Shown: positions 1-10,114 of the stretch, in pieces
Numbering within the stretch: the first letter of the stretch is position 1
Layout of the letters: every line of letters starts with the position of its first letter
Origin: Promethearchaeota archaeon
GTDB lineage: Archaea > Asgardarchaeota > Lokiarchaeia > Sigyniarchaeales > SOKP01
DNA: 64,000 nt
NCBI GenBank assembly: GCA_048939995.1
Contig: JBHLOY010000006.1
Span: forward strand, 32,001 to 96,000
Reading direction: 5' to 3'
Notes under the pieces: generated by a model
Seen by the model: only the letters and a program-made list of their open reading frames with translations
What the model was told of the DNA's origin: nothing
Databases searched by the model: none
Program-made: the position numbers and the translations under genes

Positions 1-3
1 TTT

Positions 4-1569
4 ATGAAAGATAAGGATAGAAAGAAGAATAACGGAAAATTTCAGCGGAAAAAACACAAATTAGGATTTTTTTTAATAATTTCGACTCTCTTCTTAATTA
101 GTCTAAATTGTAATACTAATATTATAAAGCACACAGAAAGTAAAACTTTAAAGACCTCTGGTATTTGGGCAACTCTAGATTTAATAGATGTATTCGGAGT
201 TAATAATTCTCGGCATCCACATGATTCTACTATACAAATCTACGGAAGATTATATAATAGAATAACTGATGAGGGAAAAGCAGGGTTTACTATAGCTCTA
301 AAAATCAATAGCATAATGTATCCAAGTATAAACGATGACACAGATATAAGTGGGTATTTTTTAATCAATTATGTTGTTGATTCGGCTCTTGATGTTTACT
401 TCAGCCATATAATCGAAGCTGAAGTTATTGATCCTACACCAGATAATGTAGAATATCGTACACATTTATTAATCTTTACAAATACTGCTTCTTATTTTAA
501 CGTACAAGACCCTCCATCTGCATCTTTACATGGAGAATTTTTTAATTTTGAAGGATATTTAAACTTTCAAAGCGGAACAGGAATCCCTAATAAGCTTGTT
601 AGTTATTATTGGTATGATGGCTCAAATATCGTAGATTCGAATATCATTTTTACAGATAGTTCAGGCAAAATCCCCTATAATAATATATTCATACCTTTTG
701 TTCCACAAGATGACTTGATTTTAAAACTGAATTTTTCTGATTATCCATACGTAGATTACTCTGAAATTATAGTAAGCAATACAAAGATTTTTTCAGATAT
801 ATCATGTGTATGGAATTTACCATCTACTATTACGGAAAATAATGATTTAAATATCGCTGGAACATTAATATCAAGCACAGATTCGAATCTTAAAATTAAC
901 AATCGCAATATAGAAATATTTTATAATGCAACATATATTGGTACAGATACTACAGATAATAATGGAGATTTTTCGTTTATTTACAGCCTTCCTATTGGAG
1001 TTGGGGTTAGTAGTATAAGAATAGTTTTAGGAGGGACTGGAATAGATACAATTCGGTATATTGATGTAGAAGCTGAAACGCCAAGTGCGCCAATACCACC
1101 AGGTCAGACACCATACTTGCTATTTTTAACAATTTTTTTACCAATTTTAGCCAGTATAATTATAGGATTAGCAATCTATGGTTATCGTTATTACAAAAAA
1201 CAAGATAAGCTTTCAAGAGTAGTAAATTTACCTCTTGAAAGTAAAATCATAAATCTTAAAATTCTTAAAGATTCTGGAAGATTAGAGGAATCTTTATCAT
1301 ACCTTTTTAATGCAATCTATATGGATTTAATAAATGCAAAATATGGTAGATCAAGAAATGTAAATGAAACTATAAGGGATTTTGCAATAGTTAGCGTAAA
1401 AGATTTAAAGTTAAATCCTACAACTATTTACCCATTTATTCAAAAAATTGAAGAAATAATTTATGCAAAACCATTTCAGATAGGTGAAAATGATTTTTAT
1501 AAAACAATAGAATTATTTTCACCGATTTACTTTCAATTAACAGGATATAACTTCATATTGAATTTTTAA
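4..1569 (+). CDS. Membrane-anchored protein: N-terminal signal/TM, beta-rich extracellular region, TM, cytoplasmic DUF4129-like domain
   Basis: Hydrophobic segments at aa ~20-35 and ~372-394, Pro-rich linker, C-terminal ~100 aa similar to the next ORF (ETIRDFAI..IYPFIQKIEEIIY); first visible gene of the MoxR operon; start lies at the window edge. Confidence 0.6.
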   Translation: MKDKDRKKNNGKFQRKKHKLGFFLIISTLFLISLNCNTNIIKHTESKTLKTSGIWATLDLIDVFGVNNSRHPHDSTIQIYGRLYNRITDEGKAGFTIALKINSIMYPSINDDTDISGYFLINYVVDSALDVYFSHIIEAEVIDPTPDNVEYRTHLLIFTNTASYFNVQDPPSASLHGEFFNFEGYLNFQSGTGIPNKLVSYYWYDGSNIVDSNIIFTDSSGKIPYNNIFIPFVPQDDLILKLNFSDYPYVDYSEIIVSNTKIFSDISCVWNLPSTITENNDLNIAGTLISSTDSNLKINNRNIEIFYNATYIGTDTTDNNGDFSFIYSLPIGVGVSSIRIVLGGTGIDTIRYIDVEAETPSAPIPPGQTPYLLFLTIFLPILASIIIGLAIYGYRYYKKQDKLSRVVNLPLESKIINLKILKDSGRLEESLSYLFNAIYMDLINAKYGRSRNVNETIRDFAIVSVKDLKLNPTTIYPFIQKIEEIIYAKPFQIGENDFYKTIELFSPIYFQLTGYNFILNF

Positions 1570-1674
1570 AAGAAATATTATAAATATAAACAAATTTGAT
1601 GAAAAAGAATTACAAAAAAATAAAAACTCGTAAAAAATAATTTATTAAAAAAAAATTAAGTAGAAGGTTTTAGT

Positions 1675-2055
1675 ATGGCAAAAGTAAAGAAAAGGAAAAA
1701 ACAACAAGAACCCGAGCTAGATGTATCCCAAAGTTTTGAAAATGTAAAGGTTTTAGTTCAATCGGAAAGAGCTAAAGAAGCTATAGCTTATATCTATCTT
1801 GTTTATAACGATCTCGTTAGAAGAAAATACAAGAAACCGAGATTAGCTCATCAAACGATTCGGGAATATGCTATTACTTGCGTTAACGAATTAGGTCAGA
1901 AGCCTGAATCAGTATATCCATTTATAAGAAAGATAGAGGATATAATTTATGGGGGAGTGGAACCAACAAGTAAAGAATTAAATTTTACAATAGAATTATT
2001 TTCAAATCTTTATAATGAAATGACGGGAAAGAAGTTGCATGCTGTAAGCTTTTAG
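1675..2055 (+). CDS. Stand-alone DUF4129-like helical protein
   Basis: QTIREYAI..VYPFIRKIEDIIY, paralogous to the C-terminus of the upstream ORF; AAGGT 6 nt upstream of ATG. Confidence 0.6.
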   Translation: MAKVKKRKKQQEPELDVSQSFENVKVLVQSERAKEAIAYIYLVYNDLVRRKYKKPRLAHQTIREYAITCVNELGQKPESVYPFIRKIEDIIYGGVEPTSKELNFTIELFSNLYNEMTGKKLHAVSF

Positions 2056-2095
2056 AATTAAAAAAAACCAAAATAATTTAATCTAAAATAAGAAG

Positions 2096-3859
2096 ATGGC
2101 TATCAGTGGAAAAAATAAAGGAAAAAATGTAAATTTATCAAAGGGAATAATTTTTGTGTTTTTTACCATATTTCTGATATTCTATGGTATTTTCATGTCA
2201 GATTTTATGGATATTTTTGAAGAAAACAATCCTGGAGAGGCATTACCTTCATACTTAAGCTATATTCCTTTTGTCTGTTATGTTGGAGCTATCTTTCTCG
2301 GTATTAGTTTCATAATTTTTCTTCGAAATATAACTGCTCAAAAGTCAAGAGAAGTACTTTCCCGTAAAAAAGTTCAAACGGGTTCTATTTATAAAGAAGC
2401 CTTATTACTCACAATCTTTATCTTTGCTTTTGTCCCATTAATTGGTCCTATCTTCGATCGAGGAGAGAATGACCAGAATTTTTCGATATATAATGATGAT
2501 TGGAATGGAGCTTCAGATTTTAAATATACCCTTGAACAAGAAGGTTATGATATTATGGCAATTCAAACTAGCCTTAGTGCAACCGAACGCCTTAATAAAC
2601 TAAATAAGTCAATTCTATTAATACTATTAGGAACAAATCAGTTTTATAATCCTATTAACGAAATACCATATTTTATAAACTTTTTTAAAAGTACTGTCCC
2701 AAACTCTCTTTTAATATGCCATGATCATGGCAGTACAAGTACTTTACTTTGGGAGATATTTATTGCTAGTGCCTTAGATCCGGACATTCAAGGTGCTCTA
2801 CCTGTCACTATATTTCCAAATGGAATCTTAAGAGATAATGGGTCCTATGAGTTAAGGCCTGATTTTCCAGTTATTGAATCTTTTCCAGGACATCCAACTA
2901 CAGCAGGAACCAATCCACCTTCAACAAACATTGATAGAATTATCCTATCTGAAGCCTCTGCCGTCGTTGGAGGACCTTTTGTAACTTATTTTGGATGGGA
3001 TGTTGTGGGATCCACTACTGACTACTCTTATGTTGATGTAAATGGAGATTATATGTATAAAGAAGTGGATGATTATGTGGATTTAAGTATGATATCTGCA
3101 GTAATACCTGTCTTTCCTGATAGATTAGGATTAGGAAGGGCACAAACAGTATTTGTAGCAAAAGATACTGGTATCGGGAGAATTTTTTTATCAGCAGATG
3201 CTAGCTTATTCAATAATGAATTAATTAATCAACCAGGTTTTGATAATCGCCAATTTGGAATTAATATCGTAAATTGGCTAACATTTAATCATCCTAAAGA
3301 AGATTGGGTCATTGCTTTTGATGAGGCTCATATTCGGCCAGAATATTCAAGAGATTTGACTTCTGCTGGAATTTTTGGTTTTATTATACAGTATATTATA
3401 CACCTTTCGACAAATCCGATCACAGCTTGGATATATCCTCTCCTCGCAGTCTATACCCTGAGAAAATATTTACCAAAGAAGGATGAAAAAGCTCAGAAAA
3501 AGAAAGCTAAAAAGCAAGAACAAAAAGAAGAGCATGAAAGATTTAGAACATCTTCCTATTTTGCCCAAAAAATAGAATGGTTCAGAAGTAAAAATGAATA
3601 TAGCAAGGCTCTAAAACTATTATACAGAAGATTAGAGCGTAAATTAAATACTCAATTAGGAGATCGCCTTATCTCAACTAAAAATGTGGTTGACTTAGCA
3701 ATAGCTAAAGAACCAAATATATCAAAAGTAAAAACAAAACGAATATCAAAATTCATAGACAGAATGCTGTCTATTAAAGAAGGAAAATCTAAAGTAAAAA
3801 ATGAACAAGATTTTGAGAACCTATTCTTTGAGATGGAATGGGTTGTTAATAATATATAA
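2096..3859 (+). CDS. DUF4350-type membrane protein of MoxR operons
   Basis: FSIYNDDWNGAS, GRIFLSADASLFNN, FDEAH motifs; three N-terminal TMs; directly upstream of MoxR. Confidence 0.7.
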   Translation: MAISGKNKGKNVNLSKGIIFVFFTIFLIFYGIFMSDFMDIFEENNPGEALPSYLSYIPFVCYVGAIFLGISFIIFLRNITAQKSREVLSRKKVQTGSIYKEALLLTIFIFAFVPLIGPIFDRGENDQNFSIYNDDWNGASDFKYTLEQEGYDIMAIQTSLSATERLNKLNKSILLILLGTNQFYNPINEIPYFINFFKSTVPNSLLICHDHGSTSTLLWEIFIASALDPDIQGALPVTIFPNGILRDNGSYELRPDFPVIESFPGHPTTAGTNPPSTNIDRIILSEASAVVGGPFVTYFGWDVVGSTTDYSYVDVNGDYMYKEVDDYVDLSMISAVIPVFPDRLGLGRAQTVFVAKDTGIGRIFLSADASLFNNELINQPGFDNRQFGINIVNWLTFNHPKEDWVIAFDEAHIRPEYSRDLTSAGIFGFIIQYIIHLSTNPITAWIYPLLAVYTLRKYLPKKDEKAQKKKAKKQEQKEEHERFRTSSYFAQKIEWFRSKNEYSKALKLLYRRLERKLNTQLGDRLISTKNVVDLAIAKEPNISKVKTKRISKFIDRMLSIKEGKSKVKNEQDFENLFFEMEWVVNNI

Positions 3860-3908
3860 AATAATCATGATCACCAATTAAATTAAGAATAAAATAAAAA
3901 ATAAAAAT

Positions 3909-4910
3909 GTGAAAAATATGGAAGTCCCAGAAAAAGGCCCGGATAAAGCAAAATATTATGAGAGAGAGGAACTTGATGTAGCTCCAATCCGAGAAATGGC
4001 TCAAGAGGTCTTAAGTGAAGTTTCACGCGTAATTGTGGGTTATGGGGAAACTTTGCAACAACTCTTTATAGCACTTCTCGTGAATGGCCATGTACTCTTA
4101 GAAGGAGTACCTGGTCTCGGTAAAACTGTTATGGCAAAGACATTTGCAAAAACATTAGGAATCTCATTTAGACGAGTACAATTTACCCCAGATCTACTAC
4201 CAGCGGATATTACAGGTACAAAAATATTTTCTCAAGAAGAAGGTAGTTTCGTTCTTCAAAAAGGTCCAATTTTTGCAAATGTTGTATTAGCAGATGAAAT
4301 AAATAGAAGTGCGCCAAAAACACAAGCAGCTTTATTAGAAGCCATGGCAGAACGACAAGTCACAATAGAAGGCCAGACCCTAGTATTAGATAAACCATTC
4401 ATTGTGCTTGCTACTGAAAATCCTATAGAAATGGAAGGTACATATCCTCTTCCTGAAGCCCAATTAGATAGATTTTTAATGAAGTTATGGTTAGATTATC
4501 CCGAAGAGGATGGAGAAGTGGAAATTATGAGAAGACAAATCTCCGGAGAGTCTCCTTCAGTTGAACAAATTACTAGTGCCCAAGAAATACTTGCTGCTCA
4601 AACGCTGATGAATCTTGTCTATATTGATGATAGAATATTAAAATATATAAGAGACATAATCTTAAAAACACGTAATCATCCACAATTAAGCATGGGGGCT
4701 GGTCCAAGAGCTAGTTTAGTATTAATGAAATGTGCTAAAGCTCGAGCATCTATTTTAGGACGTCAATACGTAACTCCTGATGATGTTCGTGCCTTAGTGT
4801 TCCCTGCATTGAATCATCGCATTCTATTAAAGCCAGAAGCGGAATTAGAAGGTCTAGATGTTAAATCAGTGATTAAAAATATCATCGAAGAAATTCCTAT
4901 ACCAATTTAA
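3909..4910 (+). CDS. moxR: MoxR-family AAA+ ATPase (start possibly ATG 3918)
   Basis: GHVLLEGVPGLGKT, RVQFTPDLLPADITG, LADEINR, NPIEMEGTYPLPEAQLDRF. Confidence 0.95.
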   Translation: MKNMEVPEKGPDKAKYYEREELDVAPIREMAQEVLSEVSRVIVGYGETLQQLFIALLVNGHVLLEGVPGLGKTVMAKTFAKTLGISFRRVQFTPDLLPADITGTKIFSQEEGSFVLQKGPIFANVVLADEINRSAPKTQAALLEAMAERQVTIEGQTLVLDKPFIVLATENPIEMEGTYPLPEAQLDRFLMKLWLDYPEEDGEVEIMRRQISGESPSVEQITSAQEILAAQTLMNLVYIDDRILKYIRDIILKTRNHPQLSMGAGPRASLVLMKCAKARASILGRQYVTPDDVRALVFPALNHRILLKPEAELEGLDVKSVIKNIIEEIPIPI

Positions 4911-4979
4911 AGCAGCCTCTCTAAAAATAAAGCATAATATTTGTATAAGAAGAATAATTAAAAGGATGGTAAAATAAAA

Positions 4980-6308
4980 ATGTTTGGAGGAAAAGGAAGG
5001 ACATTAATTCTCTTTTCAGTTTTTTTCCTTACAGCCGGATTTGCATTTGTAAATTATTATTTAATATATTTTGCCATTCTCTTATTATTTAGCACAATAA
5101 TTAGTTTACCAATTTTTTATTGGAAAATGAATGTAGAGGAATTGCGTGTATATCGCGAGCTGGAAAAAGAAAAAGTATTCAAAGATGATTTTGTGCACGT
5201 GAAGGTAGTTGTTGAGAATACAGGAAAAAATAGCTTTGAATTTCTCGAGATTCGAGATTATTATAATCCAGAGCTCTTTCGGCTAGTCCTAGGTGAAAAT
5301 TTTATTTCTACTCGTATAGGTCCCAAAGGGTTAATTAAATTTTCTTATGTTCTAGAACCAAAAGTGAGAGGAGAGTATCCTCTTGGGCCTCTCTCAATTA
5401 CAATAAAAGACAGACTTGGCTTTAATTCAGAAGAAAGAATAGTTCCTAATAGTGTTTCGGACATATTAGTTTATCCTCCATATGAAGATATTAAAAGAAT
5501 TGAAATTTTAGGGTCTAAAAGATCACTGCAGCTAAATTATGGCCTTGAAAGATCTAAACAAAAAGGATTAGGCTCAGAATTTTATGGCATGAGAAAGTAT
5601 GTATTTGGAGATCAATTTAGATTAATAGATTGGAAGGCGAGTGCGCGTTCTCAACAACTAATTGTAAAGGAATTCGAAAGTGAACGAGATATCACAGTAA
5701 TGGTTATTGTCGACTCATCAAATTCTATGGCTGGAGGTGCCATTGAAAATACAAAGTTTGAATACGCTATAAGAGCTTGTATGCTTTTAACTAAAGTAGC
5801 ATTAACACGTAGAGATAGCATTGGTGTGTTTACCTTTTCAGATAAAAAAAATATGCAATTCTTAAAACCTGGAAAAGGAGAAGATCACTTTTATCAAGTA
5901 TTAGATTTTGTGGCTAGGATTAAACCTCAAGGAAAAAGCCGGATGGTTGAAGCTATGGATCATTTTATAAGACGATTTCAAAAGCGTAGTTTAATCTTCT
6001 TTATCTCGGATTTGGAATTGGATGTGAAAGAAATTGGACAGGCATTGAGAAAATTGATCCCCTTTAATCATACAGTTATAGTTGTTAATCCTTTTAGCCC
6101 ATGGTTTGAGATTCATGAAATTGATTTATCTTCTACTGATAAAGCTTTAGCAGAAGCCATAAGTGAAGAGATGATGGAGCATATTCTTAAAGTAAAACAA
6201 AATCTTCGAAATCTTGGAGTTAATATTATCACAGTAGGTCCTGATGATATGATGAATCAAGTATTAGGTAATTATATGGAGGCAAAGAAAAAAGGGAGGG
6301 CATTTTAA
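4980..6308 (+). CDS. DUF58 / vWA domain protein, MoxR partner
   Basis: EFYGMRKYVFGDQFRLIDWKASAR, MIDAS-like VDSSNSM, FFISD; N-terminal TMs. Confidence 0.9.
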   Translation: MFGGKGRTLILFSVFFLTAGFAFVNYYLIYFAILLLFSTIISLPIFYWKMNVEELRVYRELEKEKVFKDDFVHVKVVVENTGKNSFEFLEIRDYYNPELFRLVLGENFISTRIGPKGLIKFSYVLEPKVRGEYPLGPLSITIKDRLGFNSEERIVPNSVSDILVYPPYEDIKRIEILGSKRSLQLNYGLERSKQKGLGSEFYGMRKYVFGDQFRLIDWKASARSQQLIVKEFESERDITVMVIVDSSNSMAGGAIENTKFEYAIRACMLLTKVALTRRDSIGVFTFSDKKNMQFLKPGKGEDHFYQVLDFVARIKPQGKSRMVEAMDHFIRRFQKRSLIFFISDLELDVKEIGQALRKLIPFNHTVIVVNPFSPWFEIHEIDLSSTDKALAEAISEEMMEHILKVKQNLRNLGVNIITVGPDDMMNQVLGNYMEAKKKGRAF

Positions 6309-6310
6309 TT

Positions 6311-7759
6311 ATGACAAGATCTTATTTACTTATGTTGAAGATAGTCAATGTAATATTATATATTTGGTTAATCTTAGTTTTCCTCACAATATTCCAATTT
6401 AATGAGGTACTTTTTACCCCAGATGGAGAATTTGCTTTATTATCATTTTTCAATAGTTTGAAAAACATTTTTACTTTTATTATTTTTGGAGGTGCTTATC
6501 TAATAGCAATAGCTTGCGCTTTTCTAGTATCTACAGCTTTTTTTTCATTTATTAATCGTGATTTCATGTTTACGTTTATCGAAGGATTTTTTAAAAACTT
6601 AATAAGCCTTTGGTTCACTTTTCCATCTGGGACTCCACCAACTATCGATCAAATTCCAAATTTAATTTTTAATGAAATTTCAATCTTTTTTGGCGATTTT
6701 TATTTAATTACTTTTCAGTTGCTATTTGTGATTTCAATATTTTACGCAATCAGGACTTTCTTTAAAACAAACCCTAAGCATGACTTATTAGCTGTAGGTG
6801 CGTTAGTCTTGATGATCGTTGTACCTCTAATTTTAACTGGATATAACAACATGATGGATTTATTCCATGCTTCAAGTAGCTATTTAGAAGACTTACCAAT
6901 ACCTTTAAGTGACTCTCTTAGCAGTATTCCATTAGAAAATTTCTTTCTTTTTCTATCAAGCCCTGTTATATTGCTTGCAATTATTTCATATATGTATATT
7001 GAATTAGCTTTTCAAATTAACTATACAGAAACAGTAACTAGACCCTCTTTAGAAAGGAGTAGCAGATTGGAAACCCAATTAAGCATCTTACGAAGTGAAT
7101 CACACTATATTATTGCTAATGTTGATAAAATCAAAGAAGAGGCCAAAAAGAGAATGGAAGAGCTAGATATGGGAGAAAAAACGACACTCAGCAAATTTTT
7201 TGCCAAAACGAGTGAAAAATTTTCTTATGTCAAAGAAATGATTGAAAAGAAAAAGCTAGAGGAAGAAGAAAAAAAATTAGTATCAGCAGCATCAAAGACA
7301 AGACGTTTAGGTAGGTATGTAGAAAGGCTTTTTCGTGAAGATTCTGAAGCTCAAGATACTTTAACAGCTAGATCATCTGCCCCAAAATCGAAAAGTTTAG
7401 CAATTTCTACTTTTATAAATATTATTATCCGTCTTGTAGTACTTATCATAATTAGCTTTATCATTATCCACCCACGATGGTTTTTAGAAGAAGTTTTTAA
7501 CTTACCACCAGCAATTACTGAAAGTGTGGCAATGTATTCACCAGAAGTTATTATTATTTTATTACTACCTATAATGTTAATCTTTCCAATAATTTCAAAA
7601 ATAGTATCCTATATAAAACACAGAAATTTGATTATTAAACTGCAACAAGAAGGAAGAATCAAAGAAATTTTAACATCTGTTGGAGATTACGTAAAAAAGG
7701 AAGAAATAAAAGAAGAAAAGGTTAAGGAAGAAGTTAAAGTAGAGGGAGCAGTGACTTAA
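6311..7759 (+). CDS. Polytopic membrane protein with cytoplasmic coiled-coil, function unknown
   Basis: Several hydrophobic helices flanking a charged E/K-rich segment; starts 2 nt after the DUF58 gene. Confidence 0.6.
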   Translation: MTRSYLLMLKIVNVILYIWLILVFLTIFQFNEVLFTPDGEFALLSFFNSLKNIFTFIIFGGAYLIAIACAFLVSTAFFSFINRDFMFTFIEGFFKNLISLWFTFPSGTPPTIDQIPNLIFNEISIFFGDFYLITFQLLFVISIFYAIRTFFKTNPKHDLLAVGALVLMIVVPLILTGYNNMMDLFHASSSYLEDLPIPLSDSLSSIPLENFFLFLSSPVILLAIISYMYIELAFQINYTETVTRPSLERSSRLETQLSILRSESHYIIANVDKIKEEAKKRMEELDMGEKTTLSKFFAKTSEKFSYVKEMIEKKKLEEEEKKLVSAASKTRRLGRYVERLFREDSEAQDTLTARSSAPKSKSLAISTFINIIIRLVVLIIISFIIIHPRWFLEEVFNLPPAITESVAMYSPEVIIILLLPIMLIFPIISKIVSYIKHRNLIIKLQQEGRIKEILTSVGDYVKKEEIKEEKVKEEVKVEGAVT

Positions 7760-8691
7760 TCATTTAAACTTAAAACAAATTGCGCTAAATTCTTTTTTTT
7801 ATCTAAATTTTCCATAATTGTGTTAAAACAATAAGCCTTTATACCTAAGTCTTGTATTTCAGGTTTTAAATGACAATCCTTATTATCGATTATTAAATGA
7901 CCTAAAAACTCTTGGTAATATTTTGCTACTCCTAAGCATGATATTTCTAAGTTTAGGAAGTTCATCAATTTATCTGCTGGTCCTTTAATAGGTTTTCCTT
8001 CAATAATGGGTGATATAGCAAACACTTTTTCCTTTGCTTCCTTTAATGCACTTCTGATTCCTTTAACTTGGAGAATAGTCCCTATTGAAACTACTGGATT
8101 TGATGGACAAATGATTATCTTTTTAGCCTTCTTAATATATCTTAATACCTCTTTTATTGGTTTTGCTTCTCCAATCCCTTTAAACTTCAATCCCTTAATT
8201 TCTGGTTCACAATTATACTTAATGTAATATTCCTCAAAATGTAGAGAGTTATTTTCCGTGATGATAGTTGTTTGAACATCTTCATTACACATTGGGAAGA
8301 GTTCAGCTTTTACATTTAATCTCTTACATATAATCGAAGTAATTTCTGCTTTATTAAATCCTTGCTTAAATAAATCAGTTCGAAATAAATGAGTTGCTAA
8401 GTCTTTATCTCCAAGATTAAACCATCCGTAATGATAATACTTTTTTAAGACATTTAAACAATTAAAAGTTTCATTTTTAAAACCCCATCCTTTTTGTTCA
8501 TCAATTTCACCTGCTAAAGTATAAGTTATTATGTCTATATCTGGACTAATTCTTAAACCAAACAATTCAATATCATCACCAGTATTTATTACAATTTTAA
8601 GGCTTTCCTGACTTATTACATGAGCTAATCCATCAATAAATTTTGCGGCGCCAACTCCACCAGCTAATACTACGTAACTAGTTTCTACCAT
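7756..8691 (-). CDS. cofD: 2-phospho-L-lactate transferase (F420 biosynthesis)
   Basis: LAGGVGAAKF, NTGDD, ISPDID, WFNLGDKDLATH, CPSNPVVSIG, KGPADKLM. Confidence 0.95.
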   Translation of the reverse strand: MVETSYVVLAGGVGAAKFIDGLAHVISQESLKIVINTGDDIELFGLRISPDIDIITYTLAGEIDEQKGWGFKNETFNCLNVLKKYYHYGWFNLGDKDLATHLFRTDLFKQGFNKAEITSIICKRLNVKAELFPMCNEDVQTTIITENNSLHFEEYYIKYNCEPEIKGLKFKGIGEAKPIKEVLRYIKKAKKIIICPSNPVVSIGTILQVKGIRSALKEAKEKVFAISPIIEGKPIKGPADKLMNFLNLEISCLGVAKYYQEFLGHLIIDNKDCHLKPEIQDLGIKAYCFNTIMENLDKKKNLAQFVLSLND

Positions 8692-10114
8692 ATTTAGATA
8701 ATTCTTTCTTTTCTAATTTATATATAACTTCATCTAAAGATATCCTTCTTGGTTTTATAGCCTTTCTTGTTGGATAACCAACGGTGAAGAATGCAAATGG
8801 ATAATAAGAATCTGGTAAATTCAATACATTCTTTACTATATTTTCAGTAAATAAGGGAGCACAATACCAACAAGCAGCCAACTTGTTTAATTCAAGACTA
8901 AGTAAAAAATATACTGCTGAGGCGCTCACGCTCTGAATTCCCATAATAAATTCATTTCGTTTACGTTCTTTATCAAAATAATTATCAAAACAATCTTTAT
9001 CCAAACATAAGAGAATAAGATAAGGAGCATTTAAGAATTGAGATCTTGTCTTTTCAATTTTTTTAATTATATAAGACTCAGATTTGCCGTCATTTAATAA
9101 ATCTATGCGTAATTTCTCATTCATTTTATTAATTAATCTTTCTCGAAGCTTATCTCTTTCTAGTATTATATAACGCCAATGTTGTCTATTATGGGCACTT
9201 GGTGCCCATCTAGCTATATCAATGCAATCTTCAATGATTTTTCTATCAACTAATTTAGAACTAAATTTTAATTTATAACTTCTTCGAGATTTTAAAATTT
9301 CGGTAAAATAAATATCTGAACTATCCACTCTGAATAAATCTGAAGCTTTTTCTCTCAAAATTAATGAGATAGAAGCCTTCTCTTTAATTTCAAATTTATA
9401 ACCTCTTATTAGTATAATAGGTAAACCTTCATCAGCTTCTCCCATAATTAATTGAGCTGCTGATGCTAAATTATCGACTTGACCTATAATTGTACTTTGT
9501 AATTCATATCCAAATAAATCTTGAGAACCTCGTTTATCTAGAATTGGATTAATACCTGAGACTCCTATTGCGACTCCTATTGCTCCATTTCTAAAAGGGC
9601 GACCGAAAGAATCGGAAATTATTATTGCTACATCCCTGCCAGTTAATCCCTTAAGGGAATCTCGAATCTTTTTAGCTTCTTTATCGGGATGTTCTGGTAA
9701 TAGGGTAACAATATTATCCCCTTTAACGTTAGATTTATCAATTCCAGCGTTTGCACAAATGAAACCATGTTTAGTTTCGACTATTAGAACATGTTCACTC
9801 CTCAAAATTGAATTTGATTCATCTAATATTACTTGAATAAGTTTTGGATCTTTAATGGGTAAATTGAATTCTTTTGCTTTAGGAAGTATTTTATCATAAA
9901 TCTGAATTGCTTTCTTGCTTGGTTTAACTTCTTTTAAATCTCTAGTTCTACCTATACTTTTTGACACTATAGTTTGTGCTATAACAAATATATCTTCATC
10001 CAGTAAGGAAATATTATTTTCAGTTAGTTTTTCTACAATTATTTTTGCAATATCATCCCCTTCTTTTATAAGAGGAATACCTTTCAACCCTATTAATTCG
10101 ACTTTATTATTCAT
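8678..10114 (-). CDS. cofE: F420-0:L-glutamate ligase fused to a C-terminal nitroreductase domain (FbiB-like)
   Basis: CANAGIDKSN, SDSFGRPFRNG, GEADEGLP; C-terminal SRRSYK, WAPSAHNRQHW. ATG 10114 preferred over the ORF-track start 10132 because it overlaps the upstream stop. Confidence 0.9.
   Translation of the reverse strand: MNNKVELIGLKGIPLIKEGDDIAKIIVEKLTENNISLLDEDIFVIAQTIVSKSIGRTRDLKEVKPSKKAIQIYDKILPKAKEFNLPIKDPKLIQVILDESNSILRSEHVLIVETKHGFICANAGIDKSNVKGDNIVTLLPEHPDKEAKKIRDSLKGLTGRDVAIIISDSFGRPFRNGAIGVAIGVSGINPILDKRGSQDLFGYELQSTIIGQVDNLASAAQLIMGEADEGLPIILIRGYKFEIKEKASISLILREKASDLFRVDSSDIYFTEILKSRRSYKLKFSSKLVDRKIIEDCIDIARWAPSAHNRQHWRYIILERDKLRERLINKMNEKLRIDLLNDGKSESYIIKKIEKTRSQFLNAPYLILLCLDKDCFDNYFDKERKRNEFIMGIQSVSASAVYFLLSLELNKLAACWYCAPLFTENIVKNVLNLPDSYYPFAFFTVGYPTRKAIKPRRISLDEVIYKLEKKELSKYGRN

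Noticed and set aside
3909-3923. Identical 15-mer GTGAAAAATATGGAA at the starts of moxR and the binding-protein gene (34387)
   Set aside because: Most simply an SD-like GTGA, an A-rich spacer and ATG GAA; indicates downstream ATG starts rather than a repeat element
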